Assembly: GCA_026982575.1 (NCBI GenBank)
Contig: JALSGU010000291.1
Location: 1 to 45,126 of the forward strand
DNA from: Paracoccaceae bacterium
Lineage (GTDB): Bacteria; Pseudomonadota; Alphaproteobacteria; Rhodobacterales; Rhodobacteraceae
Reading direction: 5' to 3'
Length of the DNA: 45,126 nucleotides
Shown here piece by piece: positions 35,620 to 45,040 of this stretch (within the stretch, counting starts at the first letter, position 1; the number at the start of each line of letters is the position of its first letter). Below the pieces are notes generated by a model. That model saw nothing but the letters and a program-made list of their open reading frames with translations. It did not search any database and was not told the DNA's origin. Both the position numbers and the translations under genes were made by a program.

Positions 35620-37236
35620 TTGGGACAAGATCTTCGAAACTGGAAACCGGATGATGATGCCTTTTGGCAATCCACCGGCAAATCCATCGCCACCCGAAAT
35701 CTCTGGATTTCGATCCCCAGCCTTTTATCCGGCTTTGCGGTATGGCTGTATTGGGGCATCATCACGGTGCAAATGTTGAACCTGGGCTTTGATTTTGAAA
35801 AATCGGACCTGTTCACGCTGGGCGCCATTGCCGGCCTGACCGGCGCAACCCTGCGCATTCCATCCACCTTTTTCATTCGCATTGCCGGTGGGCGAAACAC
35901 CATCGTTTTCACCACGGCACTGCTGATGATTCCGGCGATTGGTGCGGGTATTGCCTTGCAAAACCCTGATACGCCCCTGTGGAAATTCCAGATTCTGGCG
36001 CTGCTTTCGGGTATCGGTGGTGGTAACTTTGCTTCCTCCATGTCCAATATCAGCTTTTTCTACCCCAAGAAAATTCTGGGCTATGCGCTGGGCATGAATG
36101 CCGGCCTTGGTAATTTTGGTGTTACTACCATGCAGATCGTTATTCCGCTGGTTATGACATTCGGTATTTTTGGTGGCGAGGCGATGATACTGGAGCAAAC
36201 CTCCGGCACCCTGATTGGGAAAATCGAGGCAGGCACGCCGACCTATATCCAGAATGCCGGTTTTATCTGGCTGGTTCTGCTGATCCCGTTGGCGGTTCTG
36301 GGCTGGTTTGGCATGAACAATATTCGTGATGAACATGTTTCACCCGATATTCCCAACCCGATCGGGGCTTTTGCAATCATTACCTTTATGCTGATGATCG
36401 GGCTTATGACTGCGGCCTTTGGCCTGTGGCTGATGCTGCCCGCAACCGATGGCGGCTTGCCGGTTTCGGGGATTGGCTTGTCAAAATGGGTGGTATTGCC
36501 AATTGTTATCATCCTGACCGTGGTGCTTTTGAAGATGATCCCGGGTGCGGTTGGCCAGAACCTGACCCGCCAGTACCAGATTTTCAAAAACAAACACACA
36601 TGGGCAATGACCATCATCTATATCATGACCTTTGGCTCGTTCATTGGCTATTCGGCGGCGCTGCCGCTGACCATCAAGGTTGTGTTCGGGTTCCAGCACA
36701 TCATGGTTGACGGGGTTATGACCCATGATACCATTAATGCGGCTGGCCCGTCAGCCCTGATGTTTGCCTGGATGGGACCATTCATTGGCGCCTTGATCCG
36801 CCCGTTCGGTGGTATGCTGGCGGATAAACTGGGCGGTGCCCGTGTGACACAATGGATATCTTTTGTCATGGTTGGTGCAGCGATCGGTGTCGCGTATATC
36901 TTGCAGCTGGCCTATGCGTCAGCCACTCCGCAAGATTACTTTGTGCCGTTTATGGCGCTGTTCTTGCTGTTATTTGCTGCCACCGGCATTGGCAACGGCT
37001 CCACATTCCGTACCATTGCGATTGTGTTCAACAAAGAACAAACCGGCCCTGTGCTGGGCTGGACATCGGCTGTTGCCGCTTATGGTGCCTTTATCATCCC
37101 GAAAGTGTTCGGAGAGCAAATGGGTGCCGGTACACCGGAATATGCCCTTTACGGTTTCGCGGCTTTCTATGCGGTTTGTATCGCCATTAACTGGTGGTTC
37201 TATTTGCGACCCAACGCATATGTGAAAAACCCGTAA
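35620..37236 (+). CDS. narK2: Nitrate/nitrite antiporter, MFS NNP family (NarK2-type)
   Basis: 538 aa with the NNP signatures GMNAGLGNFG and ATGIGNGSTF. It has a TTG start with an AAGGAG RBS 7 nt upstream. Confidence 0.88.
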   Translation: MGQDLRNWKPDDDAFWQSTGKSIATRNLWISIPSLLSGFAVWLYWGIITVQMLNLGFDFEKSDLFTLGAIAGLTGATLRIPSTFFIRIAGGRNTIVFTTALLMIPAIGAGIALQNPDTPLWKFQILALLSGIGGGNFASSMSNISFFYPKKILGYALGMNAGLGNFGVTTMQIVIPLVMTFGIFGGEAMILEQTSGTLIGKIEAGTPTYIQNAGFIWLVLLIPLAVLGWFGMNNIRDEHVSPDIPNPIGAFAIITFMLMIGLMTAAFGLWLMLPATDGGLPVSGIGLSKWVVLPIVIILTVVLLKMIPGAVGQNLTRQYQIFKNKHTWAMTIIYIMTFGSFIGYSAALPLTIKVVFGFQHIMVDGVMTHDTINAAGPSALMFAWMGPFIGALIRPFGGMLADKLGGARVTQWISFVMVGAAIGVAYILQLAYASATPQDYFVPFMALFLLLFAATGIGNGSTFRTIAIVFNKEQTGPVLGWTSAVAAYGAFIIPKVFGEQMGAGTPEYALYGFAAFYAVCIAINWWFYLRPNAYVKNP

Positions 37237-37250
37237 AACCCCGCGATCAC

Positions 37251-37283
37251 GGTGCCGGCGTTTCCCCTCTTTTCGCCGGCACC
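37251..37283 (+). terminator. Strong intercistronic hairpin between narK2 and narG (attenuator, partial terminator or mRNA-stabilising element)
   Basis: GGTGCCGGCG-N13-CGCCGGCACC forms a 10-bp perfect GC-rich stem, followed by ATTTTAATAAT and then the narG RBS GGAGAG. Confidence 0.5.
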
Positions 37284-37308
37284 ATTTTAATAATATGGAG
37301 AGAAAAAC

Positions 37309-40300
37309 ATGAGCCATCTACTTGACAGGTTGAACTTCCTGAAAAGCAACAAAGTTGATACATTTGCGGACGGACACGGTTTGACCACCGATGAAAACCG
37401 CGACTGGGAGGACCGCTACCGCGATCGCTGGCGCCACGATAAAATCGTGCGTTCCACCCACGGGGTGAATTGTACCGGGTCTTGTAGCTGGAAAATTTAC
37501 GTCAAATCGGGTATTGTTACCTGGGAAACCCAGCAAACCGATTATCCGCGCACCCGCGCCGGAATGCCCAACCACGAACCGCGCGGCTGTGCGCGCGGGG
37601 CATCCTATAGCTGGTATCTTTATTCCGCCAACCGCGTAAAAACCCCGCTGATCCGGGCGAAATTGCTAAAAGCCTACCGTGGCCTTCGCAAAGACAATTC
37701 TCCGATCGAAGCATGGACAAAGCTGCAAAATGATCCGATTTTGCGCGCGCTATATGTGAAATCACGCGGCAAAGGCGGGTTTGTTCGGGCCGATTGGGAA
37801 GAATCAACCGAAATTATTGCCGCCGCCAATGCCTATACTGCCAAAACATACGGCCCTGACCGCGTTTTCGGGTTCTCTCCTATCCCGGCAATGTCGATGG
37901 TTTCCTATGCGGCTGGCTCTCGCTATCTCTCCTTGCTTGGTGGCACATGTATGTCGTTTTACGACTGGTATTGTGATCTGCCGCCAGCATCGCCGATGAC
38001 ATGGGGTGAACAAACCGACGTGCCGGAATCGGCTGACTGGTATAACGCCGGTTATCTGTTGCTTTGGGGCAGTAACGTGCCGCAAACCCGCACACCCGAC
38101 GCGCATTTTTACACCGAGGCGCGGTATCGCGGCACCAAATCCGCCGTGATTTCCCCCGATTATTCCGAGGCCGCCAAGTTTGGCGATATATGGCTGGCCC
38201 CAAAAGCCGGCACAGACAGCGCGTTGTCGATGGCCATGGGCCATGTGATTTTGCGCGAATTCCATCTGGACCGCCAAGCCAAGTATTTTGAGGATTACGC
38301 CCGTAAATACACCGATATGCCAATGCTGGTAGTGATCGATGAACAAGACGGCAAGCTGGTGGCAGGGCGGCAATTGCGTGCTGATGACCTGAAAGGCAAG
38401 CTGGGCCAGAAAAAGAACCCTGAATGGAAAACCGTTGCTATTGACGGCGCTACGGGCAATCTTGTGCCGCCCAATGGCTCGGTCGGGTTTCGCTGGGATG
38501 GTTCTGGTGAATGGAACCTCGAGGAACGCGCCAAAGGCAAAGACACAAACCTTAAGCTGTCGCTGGTTCTGGAAGAAGACCATGACGAAATCGTCGGCGT
38601 CGATTTCCCCTATTTTGGCGGCGAGGCCACCGAAAACTTTGTCAAATGCCAGCACCCCGATGTTTTAACCCGCAACATTCCAGTCAAGAAAATCACCGTG
38701 AATGGTGGTGAAATCATGGTTGCCACCGTGTTTGATCTGTTTTGTGCCAATTATGGTCTTGATCGCGGGCTGGGCGGCGAATGGGTGTCAAAAGATTATG
38801 ACGAAGACATCCCCTTTACCCCGGCATGGGCTGAAAAGGTAACCGGCGTTTCGCGTGATAAAATCATTCAGGTGGCGCGCGAATTTGCCGATAATGCTGA
38901 AAAAACCAACGGCAAATCCATGATTATTCTGGGGGCCGGTTTGAACCACTGGTATCACATGGATATGAATTATCGCGGCATTATCAACATGTTGGTGATG
39001 TGTGGTGCGGTTGGTCAATCGGGCGGCGGCTGGGCGCATTATGTGGGGCAGGAAAAACTGCGTCCGCAAACCGGCTGGCAACCCTTGGCGTTTGCGCTTG
39101 ATTGGGCGCGCCCGCCGCGCCACATGAATTCCACATCTGCGTGGTATGCCCATACCGGCCAGTGGCGTTATGAAACGCTGAAAGCTGAGGAAGTGGTTTC
39201 GCCAACAGCGCCCAAAGGCGACTGGAATGATGCCAGCATGATTGATTACAATATTCGTGCCGAACGCATGGGCTGGCTGCCAAGCGCGCCAAGCCTTAAA
39301 ACCAACCCGCTGGAAGTGGCCAAGGCCGCCAAGGCAGCAGGGCAGGATGTTAAGGATTATCTGGCTGAAAAACTGGTCTCGGGTGATGTCGAAATGTCAT
39401 GCGAAGATCCGGACGCACCGGAAAACTGGCCGCGCAATTTGTTTATCTGGCGGTCCAACCTGCTGGGTTCATCGGGCAAGGGCCATGAATATTTCCTGAA
39501 ATACCTGCTGGGCACTGACCACGGCGTTCTGGGCAAGGATCTGGGCGCCGAGGGCGGCCAAAAACCGATCGAGGCCAAATGGCACGAGGAAGCGCCGGAG
39601 GGCAAGCTTGACCTGTTGGTCACGATTGATTTCCGCATGTCGACCACGGCTGTTTATTCAGACATCGTTTTGCCAACCGCAAGCTGGTATGAAAAAGACG
39701 ATCTGAACACATCGGATATGCATCCGTTTATCCACCCGTTGCAAGCGGCGGTGGACCCCGCATATGAAAGCCGTTCGGATTGGGAGATTTTCAAATCCAT
39801 CGCCAAGAAATTCAGCGAGGTTGTGCCGGGTTATCTGGGGGTTGAGGACGATGTTGTGTCGCTGCCCTTGCTGCATGATACCCCTGCGGAAATCGCCCAA
39901 GATCAGGTGAAAGACTGGAAAAAAGGCGAATGTGAGCTGATCCCGGGCAAAACCGCGCCGAACTTTGTGGCGGTAGAGCGGGATTACCCCAACCTTTATA
40001 AACGCTTTACCGCGATTGGTCCTTTGTTGGAAAAAGTCGGCAATGGCGGCAAAGGTATCGCTTGGGACACCAAGGTTGAAATCGGCCACATGAAAGATCT
40101 GAACGGTGTTGTCACCGAACCGGGCGTAACCGAGGGCATGGCAAAGCTTGAAACCGCAATAGATGCGGCCGAGATGATCCTGATGCTGGCCCCCGAAACC
40201 AATGGCGAGGTTGCGGTAAAGGCTTGGGCTGAGCTTGAAAAAGCCACAGGGCGCGAACACGCGCATCTGGCCCTGCCCAAAGAAGACGAGAAAATCCGTT

Positions 40301-41049
40301 TTCGCGATATTGCCGCGCAGCCGCGCAAGATCATTTCCAGCCCCACATGGTCTGGCATTGAAAGCGAAGAAGTCTGTTATAACGCCGGCTATACCAACGT
40401 GCATGAATTGATCCCGTGGCGCACATTGTCTGGTCGTCAGCAGCTTTACCAAGACCATCTGTGGATGCGTGCATTCGGTGAAGGGTTCTGCACATACCGC
40501 CCGCCTGTTGATCTGAAAACTGTGACACAGGATGTAAACACGGCCAGCAAAAACAACGAGCCGCATGTGGTGCTTAATTTCATCACGCCGCACCAGAAAT
40601 GGGGGATCCATTCCACCTATTCCGACAATCTGTTGATGCTGACGCTCAACCGTGGCGGGCCTGTGGTCTGGATGTCTGAAATTGACGCCAAAAAGGCCAA
40701 TCTGGTCGATAATGACTGGGTCGAGGCCTATAACGTCAACGGCGCATTGGTGGCCCGTGTCGTGGTTTCACAACGTATGAAAGAAGGCACGTTGTTTATG
40801 TATCACGCACAGGAAAAAATTGTGAATGTGCCGGGGTCTGAACAGACCGGACAGCGCGGCGGTATCCATAATTCGGTTACCAGAACCACGCTGAAACCAA
40901 CCCATATGATCGGCGGTTATGCGCAGCAATCTTACGGGTTCAATTATTATGGCACGGTTGGGTCCAATCGCGATGAATTCGTGATTGTGCGCAAACTTAC
41001 CAAAGTTGACTGGCTGGATACGCCGTCTAAAGAAGGAGGGGCTGCATAA
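37309..41049 (+). CDS. narG: Respiratory nitrate reductase alpha subunit NarG
   Basis: 1246 aa: MSHLLDRLNFLK…TFADGHG…DKIVRSTHGVNCTGSCSWKIYVK.GIVTWETQQTDYPRTR…NHEPRGC.RGASYSWYLYSA. This matches the E. coli NarG N-terminus, including the FS0 cluster ligands. Confidence 0.98.
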   Translation: MSHLLDRLNFLKSNKVDTFADGHGLTTDENRDWEDRYRDRWRHDKIVRSTHGVNCTGSCSWKIYVKSGIVTWETQQTDYPRTRAGMPNHEPRGCARGASYSWYLYSANRVKTPLIRAKLLKAYRGLRKDNSPIEAWTKLQNDPILRALYVKSRGKGGFVRADWEESTEIIAAANAYTAKTYGPDRVFGFSPIPAMSMVSYAAGSRYLSLLGGTCMSFYDWYCDLPPASPMTWGEQTDVPESADWYNAGYLLLWGSNVPQTRTPDAHFYTEARYRGTKSAVISPDYSEAAKFGDIWLAPKAGTDSALSMAMGHVILREFHLDRQAKYFEDYARKYTDMPMLVVIDEQDGKLVAGRQLRADDLKGKLGQKKNPEWKTVAIDGATGNLVPPNGSVGFRWDGSGEWNLEERAKGKDTNLKLSLVLEEDHDEIVGVDFPYFGGEATENFVKCQHPDVLTRNIPVKKITVNGGEIMVATVFDLFCANYGLDRGLGGEWVSKDYDEDIPFTPAWAEKVTGVSRDKIIQVAREFADNAEKTNGKSMIILGAGLNHWYHMDMNYRGIINMLVMCGAVGQSGGGWAHYVGQEKLRPQTGWQPLAFALDWARPPRHMNSTSAWYAHTGQWRYETLKAEEVVSPTAPKGDWNDASMIDYNIRAERMGWLPSAPSLKTNPLEVAKAAKAAGQDVKDYLAEKLVSGDVEMSCEDPDAPENWPRNLFIWRSNLLGSSGKGHEYFLKYLLGTDHGVLGKDLGAEGGQKPIEAKWHEEAPEGKLDLLVTIDFRMSTTAVYSDIVLPTASWYEKDDLNTSDMHPFIHPLQAAVDPAYESRSDWEIFKSIAKKFSEVVPGYLGVEDDVVSLPLLHDTPAEIAQDQVKDWKKGECELIPGKTAPNFVAVERDYPNLYKRFTAIGPLLEKVGNGGKGIAWDTKVEIGHMKDLNGVVTEPGVTEGMAKLETAIDAAEMILMLAPETNGEVAVKAWAELEKATGREHAHLALPKEDEKIRFRDIAAQPRKIISSPTWSGIESEEVCYNAGYTNVHELIPWRTLSGRQQLYQDHLWMRAFGEGFCTYRPPVDLKTVTQDVNTASKNNEPHVVLNFITPHQKWGIHSTYSDNLLMLTLNRGGPVVWMSEIDAKKANLVDNDWVEAYNVNGALVARVVVSQRMKEGTLFMYHAQEKIVNVPGSEQTGQRGGIHNSVTRTTLKPTHMIGGYAQQSYGFNYYGTVGSNRDEFVIVRKLTKVDWLDTPSKEGGAA

Positions 41050-42569
41050 TGAAAGTTCGTGCACAAATCGGCAAGGTTCTGAATCTTGATAAATGTATCG
41101 GGTGTCATACCTGTTCGGTCACTTGTAAAAATGTCTGGACCAGTCGCGACGGGGTTGAATATGCTTGGTTCAACAATGTTGAAACCAAACCGGGCATTGG
41201 TTACCCGAAAGACTGGGAAAACCAGAAGAAATGGAACGGCGGCTGGACCCGTGGCAAAAACGGCAAAATCCAGCCTAAGCAGGGGGCGAAATGGCGCATT
41301 CTGGCCAATATTTTCGGCAACCCGAACCTGCCCGAAATCGACGATTTTTACGAACCGTTCGATTTTGACTATGACCACCTGAAATCCGCCCCCGATATGG
41401 ATGCGTTTCCCACTGCGCGGCCGCGCTCAAAACTGACCGGCGAGCGTATGGAAAAAATCGAATGGGGTCCAAACTGGGAAGAAATTCTTGGTGGCGAGTT
41501 TGAAAAACGCTCAAAGGATTATAACTTTGAGGGCGTGCAGAAAGAAATTTATGGCGAGTATGAAAATACCTTCATGATGTATCTGCCGCGCCTGTGCGAA
41601 CATTGCCTGAACCCCACTTGTGTTGCATCTTGCCCGTCGGGCGCGATCTATAAACGCGAAGAAGACGGCATTGTGCTGATTGACCAAGACAAATGTCGCG
41701 GTTGGCGCATGTGTGTTTCGGGCTGCCCTTATAAAAAGATCTATTATAACTGGGAAAGCGGCAAATCGGAAAAATGCACGTTTTGTTATCCGCGCATTGA
41801 ATCCGGCATGCCAACCGTTTGTTCCGAAACCTGCGTTGGGCGCATCCGGTATTTGGGTGTGATGCTGTATGATGCGGATAAAATCAATCAGGCCGCATCT
41901 GTTGAAGATGAACAACAGCTTTACGACGCCCAGCTGGATGTTTTTCTTGACCCGAACGATCCCGAAGTGGTGGCCGCGGCCCGCAAGGAGGGTATTCCGG
42001 AGGACTGGATCAAATCGGCACAAGACAGCCCGATCTGGAAAATGGCAATGGAATGGAAAATCGCATTTCCATTGCATCCTGAATATCGCACGCTTCCGAT
42101 GGTTTGGTATATTCCACCGCTTAGCCCCATTCAAAATGCGGCCGAGGCTGGCGCGATTTCCACCAATAACAATATGCCGGATGTAAAATCCCTGCGTATT
42201 CCTGTGAAATATCTGGCCAATATGCTGACAGCAGGCGACGAAGCGCCGGTGGTTACCGCGCTGGAACGGATGTTGGCGATGCGGGGCTATATGCGCGCCA
42301 AAACCGTGGACGGCGTGATCGATATCGGCATTGCCAAACAGGTCGGCCTGACGCCGCTACAAATCGAGGAAATGTATAAAATCATGGCCATTGCTGACTA
42401 TGAGGAACGTTTCAAGGTGCCAACGGCGCATCGTGAACATGCTGAAGACGCTTATGATATGAAAGGCGGCTGCGGTTTTACCGATGGCAACGGTTGTTCC
42501 ACCGGTTCCAGCGGCAAAAAATTGTTCGGGTCGCGTAAATTTGTCGTGCCGACAGGAGGTGCAAGATGA
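41049..42569 (+). CDS. narH: Respiratory nitrate reductase beta subunit NarH
   Basis: 506 aa with four ferredoxin-type Cys groups (CIGCHTCSVTC…, CEHCLNPTCVASCP…, CRGWRMCVSGCP…, CTFCYPR…). It overlaps the narG stop by 1 nt. Confidence 0.97.
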   Translation: MKVRAQIGKVLNLDKCIGCHTCSVTCKNVWTSRDGVEYAWFNNVETKPGIGYPKDWENQKKWNGGWTRGKNGKIQPKQGAKWRILANIFGNPNLPEIDDFYEPFDFDYDHLKSAPDMDAFPTARPRSKLTGERMEKIEWGPNWEEILGGEFEKRSKDYNFEGVQKEIYGEYENTFMMYLPRLCEHCLNPTCVASCPSGAIYKREEDGIVLIDQDKCRGWRMCVSGCPYKKIYYNWESGKSEKCTFCYPRIESGMPTVCSETCVGRIRYLGVMLYDADKINQAASVEDEQQLYDAQLDVFLDPNDPEVVAAARKEGIPEDWIKSAQDSPIWKMAMEWKIAFPLHPEYRTLPMVWYIPPLSPIQNAAEAGAISTNNNMPDVKSLRIPVKYLANMLTAGDEAPVVTALERMLAMRGYMRAKTVDGVIDIGIAKQVGLTPLQIEEMYKIMAIADYEERFKVPTAHREHAEDAYDMKGGCGFTDGNGCSTGSSGKKLFGSRKFVVPTGGAR

Positions 42570-43273
42570 GCAAGACCTTTAAGGCACTTAGTGTGCTGCT
42601 TTCCTATCCCTCAGAGGGGCTGAAAGAAGCAATTGGTGACATTGGCGAGATCATCGCACAAGAGGGTATCCTTACCCCCGAAGCGGTGAAAGCCATTCAG
42701 CCGCTGCTGGAGGACATGCAGTCCAAGGATGTGTATGAACTGCAAGAAAGCTTTGTGTTGCTGTTTGACCGCTCGCGCACCCTTAGCCTCAATCTGTTTG
42801 AACATGTGCATGGCGAAAGCCGTGATCGTGGCCCGGCAATGGTTGATTTGCTGGAAACATACAGGGCAGGCGGGTTTGATCTGGTTAGCACCGAATTGCC
42901 GGACCATCTGCCGATTTTGCTGGAATTTCTGTCAAACCGGCCCTTGGACGAGGCCAAGGAAATGCTGAACGATGCGGGCCATATTCTGGCGGCACTGGCG
43001 GAACGGCTGACACGGCGTGAAAGCGCTTATGCAGCCGTTCTGGCGGCGCTGGCCGAATTTGCCGAAGCCAAAACATCCAGCGAAATGGCGCAGGAATTAT
43101 TAAGCGTCAAGGATGACGATCCCAATGATCTGGATGCGCTGGATGATGTCTGGGAAGAGGCCGAAATAACCTTTGGCCCCGATCCCAATGCTGGCTGCCC
43201 TGTCAGCCGTGACTTGCTGGCCAATATGGACAAACCAATTTCTTCGCAGCCAAACGCTGCGGCACATGAATAG
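42566..43273 (+). CDS. narJ: Nitrate reductase assembly chaperone NarJ
   Basis: 235 aa: …LSVLLSYP…LFDRSR.LSLNLFEHVHGESRDRG.AMVDL…YR..G…ELPDHLP..LEFL. It overlaps narH by ATGA. Confidence 0.93.
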   Translation: MSKTFKALSVLLSYPSEGLKEAIGDIGEIIAQEGILTPEAVKAIQPLLEDMQSKDVYELQESFVLLFDRSRTLSLNLFEHVHGESRDRGPAMVDLLETYRAGGFDLVSTELPDHLPILLEFLSNRPLDEAKEMLNDAGHILAALAERLTRRESAYAAVLAALAEFAEAKTSSEMAQELLSVKDDDPNDLDALDDVWEEAEITFGPDPNAGCPVSRDLLANMDKPISSQPNAAAHE

Positions 43274-43282
43274 GAGATCAAC

Positions 43283-43969
43283 ATGAACCAGTTTTTCTTT
43301 GGAACTTATCCCTACATTGCCTTGGCTGTTCTGGTCATAGGTTCAATCGCGCGGTATGAACGTGATCCGTTCACCTGGAAATCCAGCTCCAGCCAGTTTT
43401 TGCGCCGCAAACAGCTGATCTGGGGGTCGATTATGTTCCATGCCGGGGTCTTGACAATTTTTGGTGGCCATCTGGTCGGTCTTTTGACGCCGCTTTCGGT
43501 GTGGCACGCGCTCGGGGTCGGGTCCGAGGCCAAGCAGATGATCGCAATTGTTATGGGCGGTGTTGCTGGCGTTATTATGTTGATTGGCGGCTTGATGCTG
43601 GCCCATCGACGCTTGTTTGACGCAAGGGTTCGGGCCACGTCCAGCTTTGCCGATACCGCGATTATCCTGTTGCTGATTGTTCAGGTAATTCTGGGTTTGA
43701 TGACTATTGTTGTCAGCCTTGGCCATCTGGACGGCAAGGAAATGCTTAAATTTATGGCTTGGGCCAGCGGCATATTCCTGTTTGACGGCAAAGCAGCCAG
43801 TTACATTGCCGATGTGAATATCCTGTTCAAACTGCATATCGTGCTTGGCCTGACCATTTTCCTTGTGTTTCCGTTCACACGGCTGGTGCATATGCTTTCA
43901 GCGCCCGTGCGGTTTTTATGGCGGCCCGGTTTTCAGGTGGTGCGCACCCGCAAAGGTAAAAAATCATGA
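43283..43969 (+). CDS. narI: Respiratory nitrate reductase gamma subunit NarI (di-haem cytochrome b)
   Basis: 228 aa with 5 TM segments and conserved His ligands (…FHAGVL…GHLVGLL…, …KLHIVLG…FPFTRLVHM). Confidence 0.95.
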   Translation: MNQFFFGTYPYIALAVLVIGSIARYERDPFTWKSSSSQFLRRKQLIWGSIMFHAGVLTIFGGHLVGLLTPLSVWHALGVGSEAKQMIAIVMGGVAGVIMLIGGLMLAHRRLFDARVRATSSFADTAIILLLIVQVILGLMTIVVSLGHLDGKEMLKFMAWASGIFLFDGKAASYIADVNILFKLHIVLGLTIFLVFPFTRLVHMLSAPVRFLWRPGFQVVRTRKGKKS

Positions 43970-44769
43970 ACCCGTTGATGCCCGATGTCACGGTAAATGG
44001 CGAGACCATCCCCTCGGCGGCAATTGCCGCCGAGGCCCAAAACCACAACGCCCCGTCCGGTAAGCCGGGCTGGGCATGGCAAGCTGCCGCCAAAGCCATG
44101 GTGGTGCGTGCGTTGTTATTGCAAGAAGCAGGGCGCATGGGGCTAAAACCCGATCCGCAAATGATAGGTGCCGACAAACAGGAAACCGAAGAAGAAGCCC
44201 TGATCCGCGCGGTTCTGGATGAGCGACTGGAGATCAAGGCGATAACCGAGGCGGAATGTCAAACCATCTATGACACCCGCCGCGAGGTGTTTCGCGCCCC
44301 CAGCCTGTTTCAGCCCGCGCATATTCTGTTTGCGGCCAAACCGAAAGACCGCGAAGCGCGCGATATTGCGCGTAAAAACGCGGCTGAATTCATCAAGACC
44401 ATCCAGAAAACCCCCAAGGTTTTTGCCGATATTGCCAAATCAAACTCCGATTGCCCCAGCAAAGACGCGGGCGGCACATTGGGCCAGATCACCACTGGTG
44501 ACACGGTGCATGAATTTGAAGCCGTGCTGAATATTCTGGAGGCGGGCGATTTGCACCCCGAACCGGTTGAAACCCGTTTTGGCGTGCATATCATCCGCAT
44601 GGATGAAAAAGCGCTGGGCGAAATACTGCCATATGACGCGGTGAAATCGCAGATCAAGGAAAAGCTGGAACAGCTTGCATGGGCCAAGGCTGCGAAAAAG
44701 CTGACGCAAGATCTGGTTGACCAAGCCGAGATCAACGGCATTGACCTGAAAAAGCCGATAATCAACTAA
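43966..44769 (+). CDS. PpiC/parvulin-type peptidyl-prolyl cis-trans isomerase
   Basis: 267 aa with the rotamase block …FQPAHILF…SDCPSKDAGGTLGQITTGDTVHEFEAV…TRFGVHIIRMDEK. Its ATG overlaps the narI stop (ATGA). Confidence 0.85.
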   Translation: MNPLMPDVTVNGETIPSAAIAAEAQNHNAPSGKPGWAWQAAAKAMVVRALLLQEAGRMGLKPDPQMIGADKQETEEEALIRAVLDERLEIKAITEAECQTIYDTRREVFRAPSLFQPAHILFAAKPKDREARDIARKNAAEFIKTIQKTPKVFADIAKSNSDCPSKDAGGTLGQITTGDTVHEFEAVLNILEAGDLHPEPVETRFGVHIIRMDEKALGEILPYDAVKSQIKEKLEQLAWAKAAKKLTQDLVDQAEINGIDLKKPIIN

Positions 44770-44801
44770 AAGCCCGAAGTTTTCTGCCGCCAAGAAACCG
44801 T

Positions 44802-44836
44802 AAAACACCCGTCATGTCATTTGGCGGGTGTTTTCA
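44802..44836 (+). terminator. Intrinsic terminator of the nar operon
   Basis: AAAACACCCG-N13-CGGGTGTTTT forms a 10-bp stem ending in a T run. Confidence 0.7.
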
Positions 44837-44893
44837 GTTGTAAGGCCAAAACCTTTGATATACATCGGTGGAGTTTTCAGGCCAAAGCCTGTC

Positions 44894-44937
44894 GCGAGCG
44901 TGGTGGAATCGGTAGGCACGCCAGACTTGAAATACTT
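44894..44937 (+). pseudogene. tRNA-Leu 5'-half remnant (acceptor 5' strand, D-arm and anticodon loop only)
   Basis: GCGAGCGTGGTGGAATCGGTAGGCACGCCAGACTTGAAAT aligns to the first ~40 nt of the genuine tRNA at 45041 (roughly 80% by eye). The anticodon position reads TGA instead of TAA. The 3' anticodon stem, variable arm and T-arm are absent. Confidence 0.6.
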
Positions 44938-45040
44938 TGTTTCGTGCGGCTAAACGTATGCAAAACAAGGCGTTAAGGAGTAAGATCAGTTTTCAGGCCC
45001 GATATAGGCCCGATGCAGAAGTTTAGAGACAACGCCAGTT

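Noticed and set aside
34149-44769. The nar locus itself considered as a novel system.
   Set aside because: Gene content, order and overlaps (narK1-narK2-narG-narH-narJ-narI-ppiC with a divergent FNR-family regulator) match well-described proteobacterial respiratory nitrate reductase loci. Only peripheral details are flagged as findings.
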